NCBI GenBank assembly: GCA_963782115.1
Contig: CAWAIK010000001.1
Location: forward strand, 832,001-896,000
Reading direction: 5' to 3'
Length of the DNA stretch: 64,000 nucleotides
Origin: an uncultured Verrucomicrobiae bacterium
GTDB lineage: Bacteria > Verrucomicrobiota > Verrucomicrobiia > Chthoniobacterales > JAFAMB01
Of the stretch, positions 19,616-30,395 are shown one piece after another. The translations under genes were made by a program, and so were the position numbers. The notes below the pieces were generated by a model. It worked only from the letters and a program-made list of their open reading frames with translations. It searched no databases and was not told where the DNA came from. The number at the start of each line of letters is the position of its first letter. The first letter of the stretch is position 1.

Positions 19616-20652
19616 GGCACCTTACTCCAAATTGTCTCGCTCAAGACGAAAGTGGCTCCCAGCAGACAAAAGCCTGCACCCAAGAGCCATGCAAAAGCAT
19701 CCTGGTAATTCTGGTACTTTTGTATTTGGACTTCCGTTTTTTCGAATTGATCAATCTGATTGAAGATCTCTGTCATCGTCTTGGTATCGGTGGCTCGGAA
19801 GAAAACGCCATTGCCAATGCGCGCGATTTCTCTGCAGGTGTCTTCTTTGAACGGCATATATTCCTGCGAGTAGTAAGTGTTACCAAAACCGTCGGAGTGC
19901 GGGAAAGGGACCAATCCGTTCGTGCCTGCGCCAATGGTGTAGATTTTGATGCCGATTGCCGCGGCGGCTTCAGCCGCCGTCAAAGGCGGGATCTTGCCGG
20001 CGTTATTGTCACCGTCGGTCAGCAGAACGATGACCCGGCTTTTTGCGTGTTTATCACGAAGCCGATTTGCTGCCGTCGCCAGAGCAGATCCGATGGCCGT
20101 GCCATCTTCGACAAGGCTCGACCCGATGACAGTCTGGTCGCCCATTCGGCGAATATTCAGGCGCGCGAGGTTTTCGACTAACCAGGTGTGATCGAGAGTG
20201 AGCGGGCTGACCAGATAGGCCCGACCTGAGAAAGCGATCAGGCCGATGCGGTCATCGGGTCGGCCGGTGATGAATTTCTCGGTGACCTTTTTCACCACTT
20301 CAAGCCGACTCGCCCGCTGGGATCCGATCGAATAATCTTCCGACAACATCGACAGCGAAACGTCGAGTAAAATCATGATATCGATGCCGCTGGCCCGAAT
20401 TCGGTTTGTGGCGGTTCCCAATTGTGGTCGGGCAAGCGCGATGATCAAACTAGCGCAGGCAACGTAATAAAGCGCATTCTGGACGGCCTTCCTCCAGGAG
20501 CGCCGAAAAGTGGTCGCGCTCTCGAAGATGCGGGCGGCGGCGAATCGTATAACAGGCGGTCTTTGGAAGCGACGGCCGATGAGCCAGAACAGAGGAAGAA
20601 GAATCGCCAACAGCAGAAACCAAGGTTGTTCGAATCGGAAGTAGGTATTCAC
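19612..20652 (-). CDS. batA: BatA VWA domain protein
   Basis: ALARPQ, DVSLSM, GTAIGSAL and LLTDGDNN. Confidence 0.9.
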   Translation of the reverse strand: MNTYFRFEQPWFLLLAILLPLFWLIGRRFQRPPVIRFAAARIFESATTFRRSWRKAVQNALYYVACASLIIALARPQLGTATNRIRASGIDIMILLDVSLSMLSEDYSIGSQRASRLEVVKKVTEKFITGRPDDRIGLIAFSGRAYLVSPLTLDHTWLVENLARLNIRRMGDQTVIGSSLVEDGTAIGSALATAANRLRDKHAKSRVIVLLTDGDNNAGKIPPLTAAEAAAAIGIKIYTIGAGTNGLVPFPHSDGFGNTYYSQEYMPFKEDTCREIARIGNGVFFRATDTKTMTEIFNQIDQFEKTEVQIQKYQNYQDAFAWLLGAGFCLLGATFVLSETIWSKVP

Positions 20653-21158
20653 TTTACCTCCTCTACGAAGGCGGAGGCCTGTTCAAACAGGGCTTCGCTT
20701 TCTGCTTTCCCGGCAGCAACCCGCGCGAATTTGATCGCATCACAGTCCACCAGAAAATGCCGCAACAATTCCTGGTGTGCGAGGTCAAAGTGGGAAGTTT
20801 GTGCAGCTTCATTCAAAAACTCGATCGTGGTTTGCCGGACGGCTTTAATGCCGAACTGTTGCTCGATAAAGCTTCTGAGAATATCGGAAACTTCAACGCT
20901 GAAATCATACGCGCTATTGTCCGAAATTCTTGCTTTCGCTTTTTCCAGGCGTCTTCTGGCCAGTTCTTTCGGCAACAGCGGCCGAACAATTCTTGGTTTC
21001 GGACTAGGCCAAAGAAAGTAGGCAATAATCGCGAGCACGAGCAGGATCGCAACAATGACCACCACCCAGAGAGCAGGAGGAGCGGGGATCGGAGGGCGAA
21101 TGTCCTCAATATCGTCCGGAGCCTTCGAAGCGGCTTGCGCTAGAAAAAACCAGATCAT
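20649..21158 (-). CDS. Bat-operon membrane protein (DUF4381-like)
   Basis: DIEDIRPP, one TM helix, QTTIEFL and CDAIKFA. Confidence 0.7.
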   Translation of the reverse strand: MIWFFLAQAASKAPDDIEDIRPPIPAPPALWVVVIVAILLVLAIIAYFLWPSPKPRIVRPLLPKELARRRLEKAKARISDNSAYDFSVEVSDILRSFIEQQFGIKAVRQTTIEFLNEAAQTSHFDLAHQELLRHFLVDCDAIKFARVAAGKAESEALFEQASAFVEEVK

Positions 21159-22042
21159 TGACGTCTGAGCCGGTTTTCTCTTCGGATGAAGAACGACCGG
21201 AGCACGGGAAAATAATCTTGATCGGTGCGAAGCGGCACTGAATCGATTTTTTTCCGACGAAACAATGCTTCTCGACCAATTCGCTCTTTCCCGGCAAATT
21301 CGCTGAATTCGGATCGCACTCGGCCGTCGGAAGAATCGATCTCGTAGATCGCGCCGGTCTCAGGGTCTTCGACCAGGACCCATCCGATATTCGGCAACGA
21401 TTGTTCGCCAGGATCTTCGATTGGAATCGCGATCAGGTCGTGTCGGCGGCTGCAAATGGTCAAAGGCTTTTCGTAATGCTCCGCGTGAAAATCCGACAGC
21501 AGAAACACCACAGCCCGTCTGGTGGTCACGCGATTCAGAAAATCCAGCGGTTGCTTCAGATCTGTTTTTTTTCCTTTTGGCTCAAAGTAAAGAATTTCGC
21601 GGATCAGCCTCAGGATATGGAGCCGTCCTTTTCTAGGTGCGACGTAAAGCTCCACTCGATCGGTGAACAACATCAGTCCGACTTTATCGTTGTTTCGAAT
21701 TGCACAAAAGGCCAGCAAACAAGCCACTTCAGCAGCCAGTTCTCTCTTGCTGGCGTTGACACTGCCGTAACTTCCAGACGCACTCACATCGATTAAAAGC
21801 ACGACCGTCAGTTCGCGTTCTTCGATATATTTCCGGACATACGGTTCACCCATCCGAGCTGTCACATTCCAATCGATCGAGCGAACTTCGTCGCCGAAAT
21901 CGTACTGGCGGAATTCATCAAAATTCATTCCCCGCCCCTTAAAGACGCTGTGATATTGCCCGGCGAAAGCAGTTTCCACGAAACGACGGGTGCGAAGTTC
22001 CAGCTTGCGGATCTTTTTCAGGATCTCAGGAACAGACTGCAT
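21155..22042 (-). CDS. DUF58 domain protein
   Basis: FKGRGMNFDEFRQY, IDWNVTAR and DVSASG. Confidence 0.92.
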   Translation of the reverse strand: MQSVPEILKKIRKLELRTRRFVETAFAGQYHSVFKGRGMNFDEFRQYDFGDEVRSIDWNVTARMGEPYVRKYIEERELTVVLLIDVSASGSYGSVNASKRELAAEVACLLAFCAIRNNDKVGLMLFTDRVELYVAPRKGRLHILRLIREILYFEPKGKKTDLKQPLDFLNRVTTRRAVVFLLSDFHAEHYEKPLTICSRRHDLIAIPIEDPGEQSLPNIGWVLVEDPETGAIYEIDSSDGRVRSEFSEFAGKERIGREALFRRKKIDSVPLRTDQDYFPVLRSFFIRRENRLRRQ

Positions 22043-22051
22043 GGACTTAAA

Positions 22052-23041
22052 TCATGGGACGGGAAGTCCGGCAAAAATTCTTTGAATGATAGTTTCGCTC
22101 GTTATCTCTTCGGCCTCGGCCTCATAGCTGACGATCACCCGATGCCTCAGAACATCCAGGCCAACCGATTTAATATCCTGCGGCGTGACGTAGCCTCTCC
22201 CGTTCAGAAATGCGTGGGCGCGAGACGCGAGAGTCAGGTTGATGGTCGCACGTGGAGAAGCTCCGTACCGGATCAGGCCTTCCATTCCAAGATGGTACTC
22301 TTCCGGCCGACGGGTCGCCCAGACGATATCCACAATGTAGTCTTTCACCCGATCATCGATAAAAATGCGATTCACGATATCGCGTGAGCGGATGATTTCA
22401 TCCGCCGACGCGACTGTTTGAACGGAAAGATCCGGCGCTGAAGTGCCCATAAGATCCAGGATCTTGCGTTCCTCGGTCTTGGATGGGTAGGCAATGTTGA
22501 GCTTTAACATGAACCGATCCAACTGAGCTTCAGGCAGCTGATAGGTGCCCTCCTGCTCGAGCGGATTCTGCGTAGCGAGTACCAGAAAGGGATCCGACAG
22601 AGGATAGGACTGGTCGCTGATGGTGATGCGCCGTTCCTGCATCGCTTCGAGCAGGGCGCTTTGCACCTTCGCTGGAGCACGATTAATTTCGTCTGCCAAA
22701 ATCAGGTTGGAAAAGATCGGGCCGAGTTTCGGTCGAAATTCACCGTCACGCGGGTTGTAGATCATCGTCCCGATGATATCCGCCGGTAACAGGTCCGGCG
22801 TGAATTGGAGACGCTGAAATTTCGTGTGAACACAGGAAGCGAGCGTTTTAACGGCCAGCGTTTTCGCCAGTCCGGGAACACCTTCCAGAAGAACGTGGCC
22901 GTTTGCCAGCAATCCGATGAGCAAGCGGTCGATCAGATATTTCTGGCCCACAATCACTCGAGAAATTTCATTCTGAACCGCGTGCACCCATTGGCAATTG
23001 CCCTTTACTTCCTCCGTAATTGCCTCAGTCGAAATGGTCAT
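22052..23041 (-). CDS. moxR: MoxR family AAA+ ATPase
   Basis: EGVPGLAKT, QFTPDLLPADI, DEINRAPAKVQSALLEAM and ATQNPLEQEGTY. Confidence 0.95.
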   Translation of the reverse strand: MTISTEAITEEVKGNCQWVHAVQNEISRVIVGQKYLIDRLLIGLLANGHVLLEGVPGLAKTLAVKTLASCVHTKFQRLQFTPDLLPADIIGTMIYNPRDGEFRPKLGPIFSNLILADEINRAPAKVQSALLEAMQERRITISDQSYPLSDPFLVLATQNPLEQEGTYQLPEAQLDRFMLKLNIAYPSKTEERKILDLMGTSAPDLSVQTVASADEIIRSRDIVNRIFIDDRVKDYIVDIVWATRRPEEYHLGMEGLIRYGASPRATINLTLASRAHAFLNGRGYVTPQDIKSVGLDVLRHRVIVSYEAEAEEITSETIIQRIFAGLPVP

Positions 23042-23254
23042 ATCGGTGTTACAGGTCAGACAGTCTACCCGTGTATCCGTTTAAATACAGGGTAGGCAGA
23101 GCGTTCCGCTTTGCTTCTCCAGGATCGACGCGGCGCGAAGCTCCTTCAAATTCGAGCAAAGTGGCGCTTCGCCCATCGCTTTCATGGACCTACGAGCGGG
23201 AAGCCCGCGCGATTCTGACGCGCTTTTTCGTTGCAACCTGCGAATCTCGTAACC

Positions 23255-24550
23255 ATGTTTCTGCCAATCTTGTATCCGACTCCCTGGCAGAGAAAGTTGC
23301 TCTGGAACGCGATCGCCTCGCTCTCCTTGCTGGTGATCGCTGCGATCGTCGTTTTCACCCTGTATGTCGCGACGCAAATTCTCGCCTTTCTTCAACCTCT
23401 TCTTTTGCCGGTAGCTGTGGCGGGGGTGTTCGCCTATTTGCTGGAGCCAGTTGTCAGTTGGCTTGCCCGGAATAAGGTGCCGCGACTTCTAGCTGTCATC
23501 ACGGTGTTTGGCGGGTTTGTCCTGAGCGCGACGCTTTTGGTCATCGGAGTCGTTCCCTCGATTTACACTGAAAGCGTGAAGTTTTCTTCTGCGCTTCCCG
23601 GGTATCTGGTACGAGGGTGGGGTTCCATTGACGGTTTTCTAGAGCAAAATCTGGAGAAGATTCCTCAACTTGGAGGCAATCCATCTCCCTCTGCGACACC
23701 CGAGTCGAACGCCAGGGCGACACCTACACCGGCACCGGATCTGGGTTCAGGGAGCGACAACTCGAACAGAAGTCTCGCGCGCTATCAAAACAACCCTTAC
23801 GTCCAGCAATCGCTGCAATATTTGCAGGATCAGCTTCCTTCATTGGTGCAACGTACTTGGATCTTCATCCAGACAAGCCTGACGGGTGTTTTCGGCGTGT
23901 TCGGCTTCATGTTTGGTTTGCTGATTGTCCCCATCTATCTGTTTTTCTTCCTGAAAGAGAGCCCGCGGATTGCGCAATCCTGGAGCAATTACCTGCCGCT
24001 TCGTCGCTCGGAATTTAAAGACGAGGTGGTCACCGTCCTGACTGAGATCAATGGTTATCTCATCAATTTTTTTCGTGGCCAATTGGTGGTGGCAATTATC
24101 AACGGGATCCTGGTGGGGGTTGGGCTCTCGATTGTGGGCCTGCAATTCGGCTTTCTCATCGGGCTGGGATTCTTGTTCTTCGGGATCATTCCTTACGTCG
24201 GATACATTGTGTGCTATATCCCGGCGATCCTGATTGCGTTTGCGCAATTCAATGATTGGGCACATCCGTTGTGGGTAACGATTATCTTCTTTCTGATCGT
24301 CGCCCAGATCGATGGTCTCGTGACCACTCCTCGGATCGTCGGAAATTCGGTGGGACTCCATCCAATGACAGTCATCATGTCTGTCTTTTTATGGACCCTC
24401 GTCCTTGGAGGTCTGCTCGGAGCGGTCCTGGCGATTCCGTTGACCGCGACGCTGAAAGTGTTGCTCCATCGCTATGTGTGGGATCGTCAAAGGAACATCT
24501 TTTTTCAGGAAGATATCCCTTCAAAGGAGGAGATCGAAATCGCGACCTAG
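23255..24550 (+). CDS. AI-2E family transporter
   Basis: YLLEPVV, FFRGQL, IPYVG, PRIVGNSVGLHP and GAVLAIP. Confidence 0.9.
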   Translation: MFLPILYPTPWQRKLLWNAIASLSLLVIAAIVVFTLYVATQILAFLQPLLLPVAVAGVFAYLLEPVVSWLARNKVPRLLAVITVFGGFVLSATLLVIGVVPSIYTESVKFSSALPGYLVRGWGSIDGFLEQNLEKIPQLGGNPSPSATPESNARATPTPAPDLGSGSDNSNRSLARYQNNPYVQQSLQYLQDQLPSLVQRTWIFIQTSLTGVFGVFGFMFGLLIVPIYLFFFLKESPRIAQSWSNYLPLRRSEFKDEVVTVLTEINGYLINFFRGQLVVAIINGILVGVGLSIVGLQFGFLIGLGFLFFGIIPYVGYIVCYIPAILIAFAQFNDWAHPLWVTIIFFLIVAQIDGLVTTPRIVGNSVGLHPMTVIMSVFLWTLVLGGLLGAVLAIPLTATLKVLLHRYVWDRQRNIFFQEDIPSKEEIEIAT

Positions 24551-24589
24551 CCAGGGGACAGGACCTTAAAACTCAAGCCTCAAAACGGG

Positions 24590-25945
24590 CTACGTCATAT
24601 GAGCGATGATGTTGTCCCCGAATTCCGAGCATTTTATTTCGGTTGCCCCGTCCATCAACCGCGCGAAGTCGTATGTGACTCTCTTACTCGCGATGGCGTC
24701 GTTCAGTCCCTTGATCACCAGATCCGCGGCTTCTGCCCAACCCAGGTGCCTTAACATCATTTCTCCCGACAGCACAACTGAACCCGGGTTGACCTTGTCG
24801 AGATTCGCATACTTGGGCGCGGTGCCGTGTGTCGCTTCAAAAATAGCGTGTCCGGTGTGGTAATTGATGTTGCCACCGGGTGCGATTCCAATCCCACCGA
24901 CTTGAGCGGCCAGAGCGTCCGAAAGATAGTCGCCGTTTAAATTCAGCGTCGCGATCACATCGAAGTCTTCCGGGCGTGTCAGAATCTGTTGCAAGGTGAT
25001 GTCGGCAATCGCGTCCTTGACGAGGATTTTCCCGCCGGCCAACGCCGCCTTCATCTCATCGTTAGCGTCTTTTTCTCCTTTCTCCTTCTTTGTCCGCTCC
25101 CATTTCGTCCAGGAATATGTCTCGTTGCCAAAAAGAGTGTCCGCAAGCTCATACCCCCAATCTCTAAAGCTTCCCTCGGTGAACTTCATGATGTTGCCCT
25201 TATGCACGAACGTGACGGATTTTTTCTTGTTCTTGATCGCGTACCGAATAGCTGCAGCGATGAGGCGGTTGGACCCCAGATGACTCACCGATTTGATCCC
25301 GATTCCAACCTCAATGTCCGGGTTTCCGATCGCCGGCTCGGCGGACAAAAAATCTTTAGTGGCTTTTGCGGTCCCAAAACGAATCTTCGAGAATTCTTTG
25401 GGGAACTCTTGTTCGAACAACTTCAAGAAACGCTGAGACTCCGGAGAGCCGGCACGGAACTCGATTCCGGCGTAAATATCCTCCGTGTTTTCCCGGAAGA
25501 TCACCATGTCGATTTTTTCGGGATGTTTGACAGGGGACGGTACACCTTTAAAGTACTGAACGGGTCGCAGGCAAACGTACAAATCCAGGAGTTGGCGAAG
25601 CGCCACGTTCAGTGAGCGAATTCCTCCTCCAACGGGAGTTGTGAGGGGTCCTTTAATCCCTACTAGATATTCTCTGAAAGCGTTGACGGTGTCTTCCGGC
25701 AACCAATCGTCGAAACGATTCTTCGCCGTTTCGCCTGCGAAAACTTCAAACCAGGCAATTTTTCTGGAACCCTTGTACGCTTTTTCGACTGCCGCATCGA
25801 ACACGCGTTCGCTTGCCGCCCAAATGTCCGACCCGGTGCCATCGCCTCGAATGAATGGAATAACCGGATTGTCCGGGCAGTGGATCTCGCCGTTGTGAAT
25901 GGTGATTTTGCCCCCGCTGGGTGCCTGTACTTTTTGGTGTGCCAT
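24590..25945 (-). CDS. icd: NADP-dependent isocitrate dehydrogenase
   Basis: [30 protein letters not shown] and [11 protein letters not shown]. Confidence 0.97.
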   Translation of the reverse strand: MAHQKVQAPSGGKITIHNGEIHCPDNPVIPFIRGDGTGSDIWAASERVFDAAVEKAYKGSRKIAWFEVFAGETAKNRFDDWLPEDTVNAFREYLVGIKGPLTTPVGGGIRSLNVALRQLLDLYVCLRPVQYFKGVPSPVKHPEKIDMVIFRENTEDIYAGIEFRAGSPESQRFLKLFEQEFPKEFSKIRFGTAKATKDFLSAEPAIGNPDIEVGIGIKSVSHLGSNRLIAAAIRYAIKNKKKSVTFVHKGNIMKFTEGSFRDWGYELADTLFGNETYSWTKWERTKKEKGEKDANDEMKAALAGGKILVKDAIADITLQQILTRPEDFDVIATLNLNGDYLSDALAAQVGGIGIAPGGNINYHTGHAIFEATHGTAPKYANLDKVNPGSVVLSGEMMLRHLGWAEAADLVIKGLNDAIASKRVTYDFARLMDGATEIKCSEFGDNIIAHMT

Positions 25946-26174
25946 AGTGCTTCGCTTCGAACAGGAATTGACTGGACCTGGAAACCATCTGAACAGGCAT
26001 TCCTCACCCAAAAAGGCACGGTGCGCAAATGACGATTTAGGATCCGTGCCAGCAAGGAAAAGCTCGGAAGCCAATCGCGAATGAGGAAAGCAGGCGCGCG
26101 GCGAGTTGCAAACCAAAGGGTCTATGCTTTAATCATGGCGAGAAACTTAACTCCCTTGATTTTTTATATTGTCT

Positions 26175-26663
26175 ATGTTTACAACCGAGCAACGCTCGAC
26201 CGAGCAACGCTCTGATTTCGACCTGCAAATCGCCGCAGAAGAACTTGCCGAAATCGTCATGCATATGCAGCGGAAGTTTCTGCACAACCTGTCAGAGGAG
26301 CTGGGTCACGGGAGCGTATCTTTTCCGCAATATTTTCTGCTCGGGTGTCTGGAGAAACAGGAAGTGATCACGATGTCTGGTATCGCTTCGAAGATGGGCC
26401 ACACCACCGCCGCCGCTACCGGACTAGTCGATAGGCTCGAAAAGCTGGGGTATGTTCAGCGCTCCCATGCGCTGGATGATCGGCGTAAGGTGATGGTGAA
26501 AATTACCCAGAAAGGCTCTGGCCTGGTCGCGCAAATTCGTAGAGACATGGTGAACAAGATTGTAACTCTTTTGCGGGAATATCTGACCGCCGAGGAAGGA
26601 AGGGCCTGGCTTCAGATCTACCGCAAGATTGCAGATTGTTCCGATAAACTGCCCAAAAAATAA
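26175..26663 (+). CDS. MarR family transcriptional regulator
   Basis: TAAATGLVDRLEKLGYVQR and DDRRKVMVKITQKG. Confidence 0.92.
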   Translation: MFTTEQRSTEQRSDFDLQIAAEELAEIVMHMQRKFLHNLSEELGHGSVSFPQYFLLGCLEKQEVITMSGIASKMGHTTAAATGLVDRLEKLGYVQRSHALDDRRKVMVKITQKGSGLVAQIRRDMVNKIVTLLREYLTAEEGRAWLQIYRKIADCSDKLPKK

Positions 26664-28276
26664 TGAGACTTCCGCTGTTTGCCTTAACCGTCGCAGGGAT
26701 GTCCTGCAATTTGATCGCCGGCGAGTCGACTGTTGGTTACCGCAGTCATCCGCTAACAATCGATGAAGCTGTTCAACTCGCGCTCAAGCAGAATCCCTCT
26801 GTCTTGCAGCAAATACAACAACTCAAGGCATTGAAAGGTCTTTTTTACCAGGCGCAGGCCAAGTTGCTGCCCCAGCTGACCGCTGCCTCCAATTATTCGC
26901 AGACGGATACCGCTTTGAACCCGAGGCTTTCTGCCGGTAAGCCCAATTTTGATCTCCTTGCTGTGCCAAGCGGTCAGACCCTGGCCATCAATCCAGTTAC
27001 CGGAGCCACTAATGCCATCGGCATTCCGGGCAGCATATTAACCAGTGGGTCCACCTCGGCAAATCAAACCTGGCAGGTCACCTTGACCGTATCTCAACTG
27101 ATCTGGGACGGCGGCGCGACGATCGCATCGCGTCGGGCGGCGCGGATCAACGAAGACCAGGGTTACTACACGCTGCGCGACACCATCGACACGGTCGTCG
27201 AGACGGTCCGTACGCAGTTCTATCAAATCCTCCTCGATAAAGCCTTGGTCCAGGTTCAGGAAGAATCGGTAAATCTTCTCCAAAGCCAATTGGAAGACCA
27301 GAAGAGCCGCTACGAGGCAGGGACTGTTCCGCAATTCAACGTTCTCCAAGCTGAGGGCACACTGGAAAACCAGATCCCGCAACTGATCGCGGCCCGGAAC
27401 AATTATCGGATCTCTGAACTGACGCTTGCGCGAACTCTTGGAATTCCGGCAGATCGCCAGTATACGACCGACAATCCATTGCCGGTAGAGGGAGAACTCG
27501 GCTTTAGCCCGATGAAATACGATCTTGCTTCTGCGCTGATTGCCGCGCGTGCAAACCGCCCGTTTCTCAAGGCGCAACGGTCTGCAATTCTTGCTAGTGT
27601 GGAAAACATCACCGTGCAGGCGGCCGGTTTTCAGCCAACCGTCACCGCAAATGTCGGCTTGGAGCAAGAGAGCAACCCAACGACCAATAATTTGACCCGC
27701 ACGCTCCAGGGGTGGTTCCTGGGCCTGCAGGGTTCCTGGAATGTCTTCGACGGTTTCCTGACCTACGGCAAAGTGAAGCAGGCGCGAGCGCAATTGGAGC
27801 AGGCGAAGGTCACCTACGATGATTCTGTGCGGCAAGTCGAACTTGAAGTCGCCACTGCGGTCAGCAACCTGCGGCAAGCCACCCAAACAGTGGATAGCGC
27901 TCAGACAGGTGTGAACGTAAACCTCGAGGCGTTGCGTCTGGCTGATGAGCGTCTCGCGGCCGGTACCGGTACTCAGCTTGACGTTTTAACGGCGCAACAA
28001 GCTCTCACGACGGCACGCTCCAATCTGGTGCAGGCTGAGTTTTCCTACGTCTCAGCCGTCGCCTCCTACCAGCAGGCAACGGCGACCGAGACATGGTACA
28101 ACGATATGTTCGATTCTCCGGCCTTACGTCCATCCACTTTGACCACGACTGAGGCTGCAAAAGCGGCTCGGGCGCGGCATGATTCGCCGCTCGATCCGGG
28201 CAAACCGGCCACTCAGAAGGCAAAACGTGAATCTCTGACTCCGCCACAGGGCAAGGTGGAAACTACCAATGACTAA
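26663..28276 (+). CDS. TolC family outer-membrane efflux protein
   Basis: LTIDEAVQLALKQNP and two OEP repeats (RYEAGTVPQFNVLQA; RLAAGTGTQLDVLTA). Confidence 0.9.
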   Translation: MRLPLFALTVAGMSCNLIAGESTVGYRSHPLTIDEAVQLALKQNPSVLQQIQQLKALKGLFYQAQAKLLPQLTAASNYSQTDTALNPRLSAGKPNFDLLAVPSGQTLAINPVTGATNAIGIPGSILTSGSTSANQTWQVTLTVSQLIWDGGATIASRRAARINEDQGYYTLRDTIDTVVETVRTQFYQILLDKALVQVQEESVNLLQSQLEDQKSRYEAGTVPQFNVLQAEGTLENQIPQLIAARNNYRISELTLARTLGIPADRQYTTDNPLPVEGELGFSPMKYDLASALIAARANRPFLKAQRSAILASVENITVQAAGFQPTVTANVGLEQESNPTTNNLTRTLQGWFLGLQGSWNVFDGFLTYGKVKQARAQLEQAKVTYDDSVRQVELEVATAVSNLRQATQTVDSAQTGVNVNLEALRLADERLAAGTGTQLDVLTAQQALTTARSNLVQAEFSYVSAVASYQQATATETWYNDMFDSPALRPSTLTTTEAAKAARARHDSPLDPGKPATQKAKRESLTPPQGKVETTND

Positions 28277-28955
28277 CCCGCCTGTTGAACGTTTTCCCGC
28301 CCTCGAAGTGCTGGAAGACGTTCTGCATGGCTTTGTTCTCAGAGTGCCGGGGCTCGACGTTCGCGCGGATCGGGAGATTGCGCTGCGGAGACTGGACGCA
28401 TTTCACGAAATAGCGCGCCGGAGCTTTGGAACGCGGCAAGTTCGTCTCGCCCAACAAGTCCACGGCAACTCGGTCGCCGTTGTCACGGTTGATTCTGCCG
28501 TCAAGAGTGCGCACGCCGATGCTTTGATCACAAGTGATCCAGAGGTCTTGCTCGGGATACACGTAGCCGATTGTTGCGCGGTATTTTTGGTCGATTCTCA
28601 ACAGGGCGCCATCGGCTTGGTGCATTCGGGAAGGAAGGGAACCGAATTGAATATCGTTGGTGCCGCGGTTCAGAAAATGCGAATTGAGTTTGGCACGGAC
28701 CCTGCATGCCTTGTGGCGCAGCTTAGTCCGTGCATTCGGCCGCCTCATTACGAAGTCGATTTCGCCGCTGAAATCGTGCAGAGTCTCAAGCGTTCCGGAG
28801 TTCGTCGGGTATTCGATTCAGGTGAGAATACCGCAGCGGATCTGGAAAGATATTATTCGTACCGGATGGAAAAAGGTCGGACCGGCCGCATGCTGGCTTT
28901 ACTGGCCCGGAAGGGGAGCGTACCAGCGAGCGGGCGTATCGGCCTATCGGCGTAG
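28269..28955 (+). CDS. pgeF: YfiH/PgeF (laccase-domain) family protein
   Basis: QVHG, VADC, HSGRKG and YYSYR motifs. Confidence 0.85.
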   Translation: MTNPPVERFPALEVLEDVLHGFVLRVPGLDVRADREIALRRLDAFHEIARRSFGTRQVRLAQQVHGNSVAVVTVDSAVKSAHADALITSDPEVLLGIHVADCCAVFLVDSQQGAIGLVHSGRKGTELNIVGAAVQKMRIEFGTDPACLVAQLSPCIRPPHYEVDFAAEIVQSLKRSGVRRVFDSGENTAADLERYYSYRMEKGRTGRMLALLARKGSVPASGRIGLSA

Positions 28956-28968
28956 GTAGAGGCTTTCT

Positions 28969-29682
28969 GTGTGGACAAATTTACTCGTTCCCACTCGGGC
29001 ATTCGACGATGCGACCATCGAAATGATGGATCGTCCCCAACTTGTGTCAGCGGAACTGTTGGTTGATTTGGAGAATCTTCAACAGCTGAATCGATACTTC
29101 GGCAGCTACGCACTGATTCGGTTTTTCCTGCGTCGCTGGTTTCGTCCGGGAAGTCCCGTCACCGCGATCGATTTGTGTACTGGTTTTGGTGATATTCCCC
29201 GCTTCGTGGTCGATTGGTGCCGGGCGAACGAAATTAGCGCCCGGATCACCGCAGTTGATTTTCAACCGGCCACTCTCGAATTGGCGATGGAGCGTTCACG
29301 GTCTCATCCCGAAATAACCTTCGTTGTCTCCGACGTGTTCAAGTTTGTGCCGGCCAGTCCGGTTGATTTCGTGTTCTGTTCGCTAGCGCTGCATCATTTT
29401 GCTGACGATGCCGCGATCCGGCTTCTGCAGCAGGCACGGTCTCTAGCCCAAAGAGGCGTTCTGGTCGCTGATCTGGAACGCAGCGATTTCGGGCTCGCCG
29501 GCATTTATCTATTGACCTCCTGCATCTATCGGGAGCCCATGACGCGTTTTGACGCCCGCCTTTCGTTCCGGCGTGCCTTTTCGTTTTCCGAGATGCGCCG
29601 GTTGGCATCGGCAGCCGGCTGGCAAGGTTTTGGCCATCGGCGTTTTCCGGTCTGCCGGCAAGCCATTTGGCTCGAGAGTTGA
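28969..29682 (+). CDS. Class I SAM-dependent methyltransferase
   Basis: EMMD...LNRYFG, DLCTGFGD, CSLALHHF and DLERS. Confidence 0.88.
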   Translation: MWTNLLVPTRAFDDATIEMMDRPQLVSAELLVDLENLQQLNRYFGSYALIRFFLRRWFRPGSPVTAIDLCTGFGDIPRFVVDWCRANEISARITAVDFQPATLELAMERSRSHPEITFVVSDVFKFVPASPVDFVFCSLALHHFADDAAIRLLQQARSLAQRGVLVADLERSDFGLAGIYLLTSCIYREPMTRFDARLSFRRAFSFSEMRRLASAAGWQGFGHRRFPVCRQAIWLES

Positions 29683-29716
29683 ACCCGGGACAAATACCGG
29701 CGAGAATGCGGACTTA

Positions 29717-30214
29717 ATGAGACCATTTGCGGTATTGCTGTTGATCCCCGCTTTGCTCTCCGCGCGGTTGGTTCATGCCCAAGAAACCAAGATCGATGTG
29801 GATCGGTTTCATTTGGAAGTGATTCAAGGCGCAGAGGCCCACGCCACCGTCAACAAGGAGGGACCTGATGGGCAGCCGGCCGCAACGGTCACCGTCTCCA
29901 AAATTGGCGCGGAATTCTGGAGCGTCGAATTGCGGGCCCCGGATATCAACTTCGAACCCGGCAAAACGTACGAAGTAAAGTTTCAGGCTAAAAGTGTGCC
30001 CTCACAGTTCATTTATGTCGTTCCTGAAAAGGTTGACGGAAATCAGGCATCGGTCGCACTCGGAACGACCCTGCAAACCTCCGATCAATGGACGGATTGC
30101 ACCGTCCTTTTTCAGACCACGGATACGGCAAATCCCGGGCGTTTAACTCTCTCCAGCCTGTCCGCGAATCCGGCTTCCTACTGGTTCAGCAATGTTCGTG
30201 TGAACGAAAAATAG
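29717..30214 (+). CDS. Secreted carbohydrate-binding (CBM4/9-like) domain protein
   Basis: Signal peptide, WSVEL, FEPGKTYEVKFQAKS and WFSNVRV beta-sandwich pattern. Confidence 0.6.
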   Translation: MRPFAVLLLIPALLSARLVHAQETKIDVDRFHLEVIQGAEAHATVNKEGPDGQPAATVTVSKIGAEFWSVELRAPDINFEPGKTYEVKFQAKSVPSQFIYVVPEKVDGNQASVALGTTLQTSDQWTDCTVLFQTTDTANPGRLTLSSLSANPASYWFSNVRVNEK

Positions 30215-30336
30215 TCAGGAGGCAGGATCGGAAAAAGCAGCATTCCCGTTTGATTGCTACTTGTTTTCGCAGGATTCCGATAACTGACTGACACTGACAA
30301 CTGACCACTGAGAACTGATTGGCAACTGACACCTGA
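30213..30336. repeat. Intergenic heptamer tracts (AGTCAGG-type left, CTGAC(A/C)A-type right)
   Basis: agtcaggaggcagga (30213-30227) and aactgactgacactgacaactgaccactgagaactgattggcaactgacac (from 30282). Confidence 0.8.
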
Positions 30337-30395
30337 GTCTGCAGAAAACAAGAGGCGCTCCTCTCTTTCCGACATCCTTCGCAGACGAGATGCGA

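Noticed and set aside
26183..26211. Tandem duplication encoding TEQRS twice in marR
   Set aside because: It is in frame at the N-terminus with no sign of functional significance.
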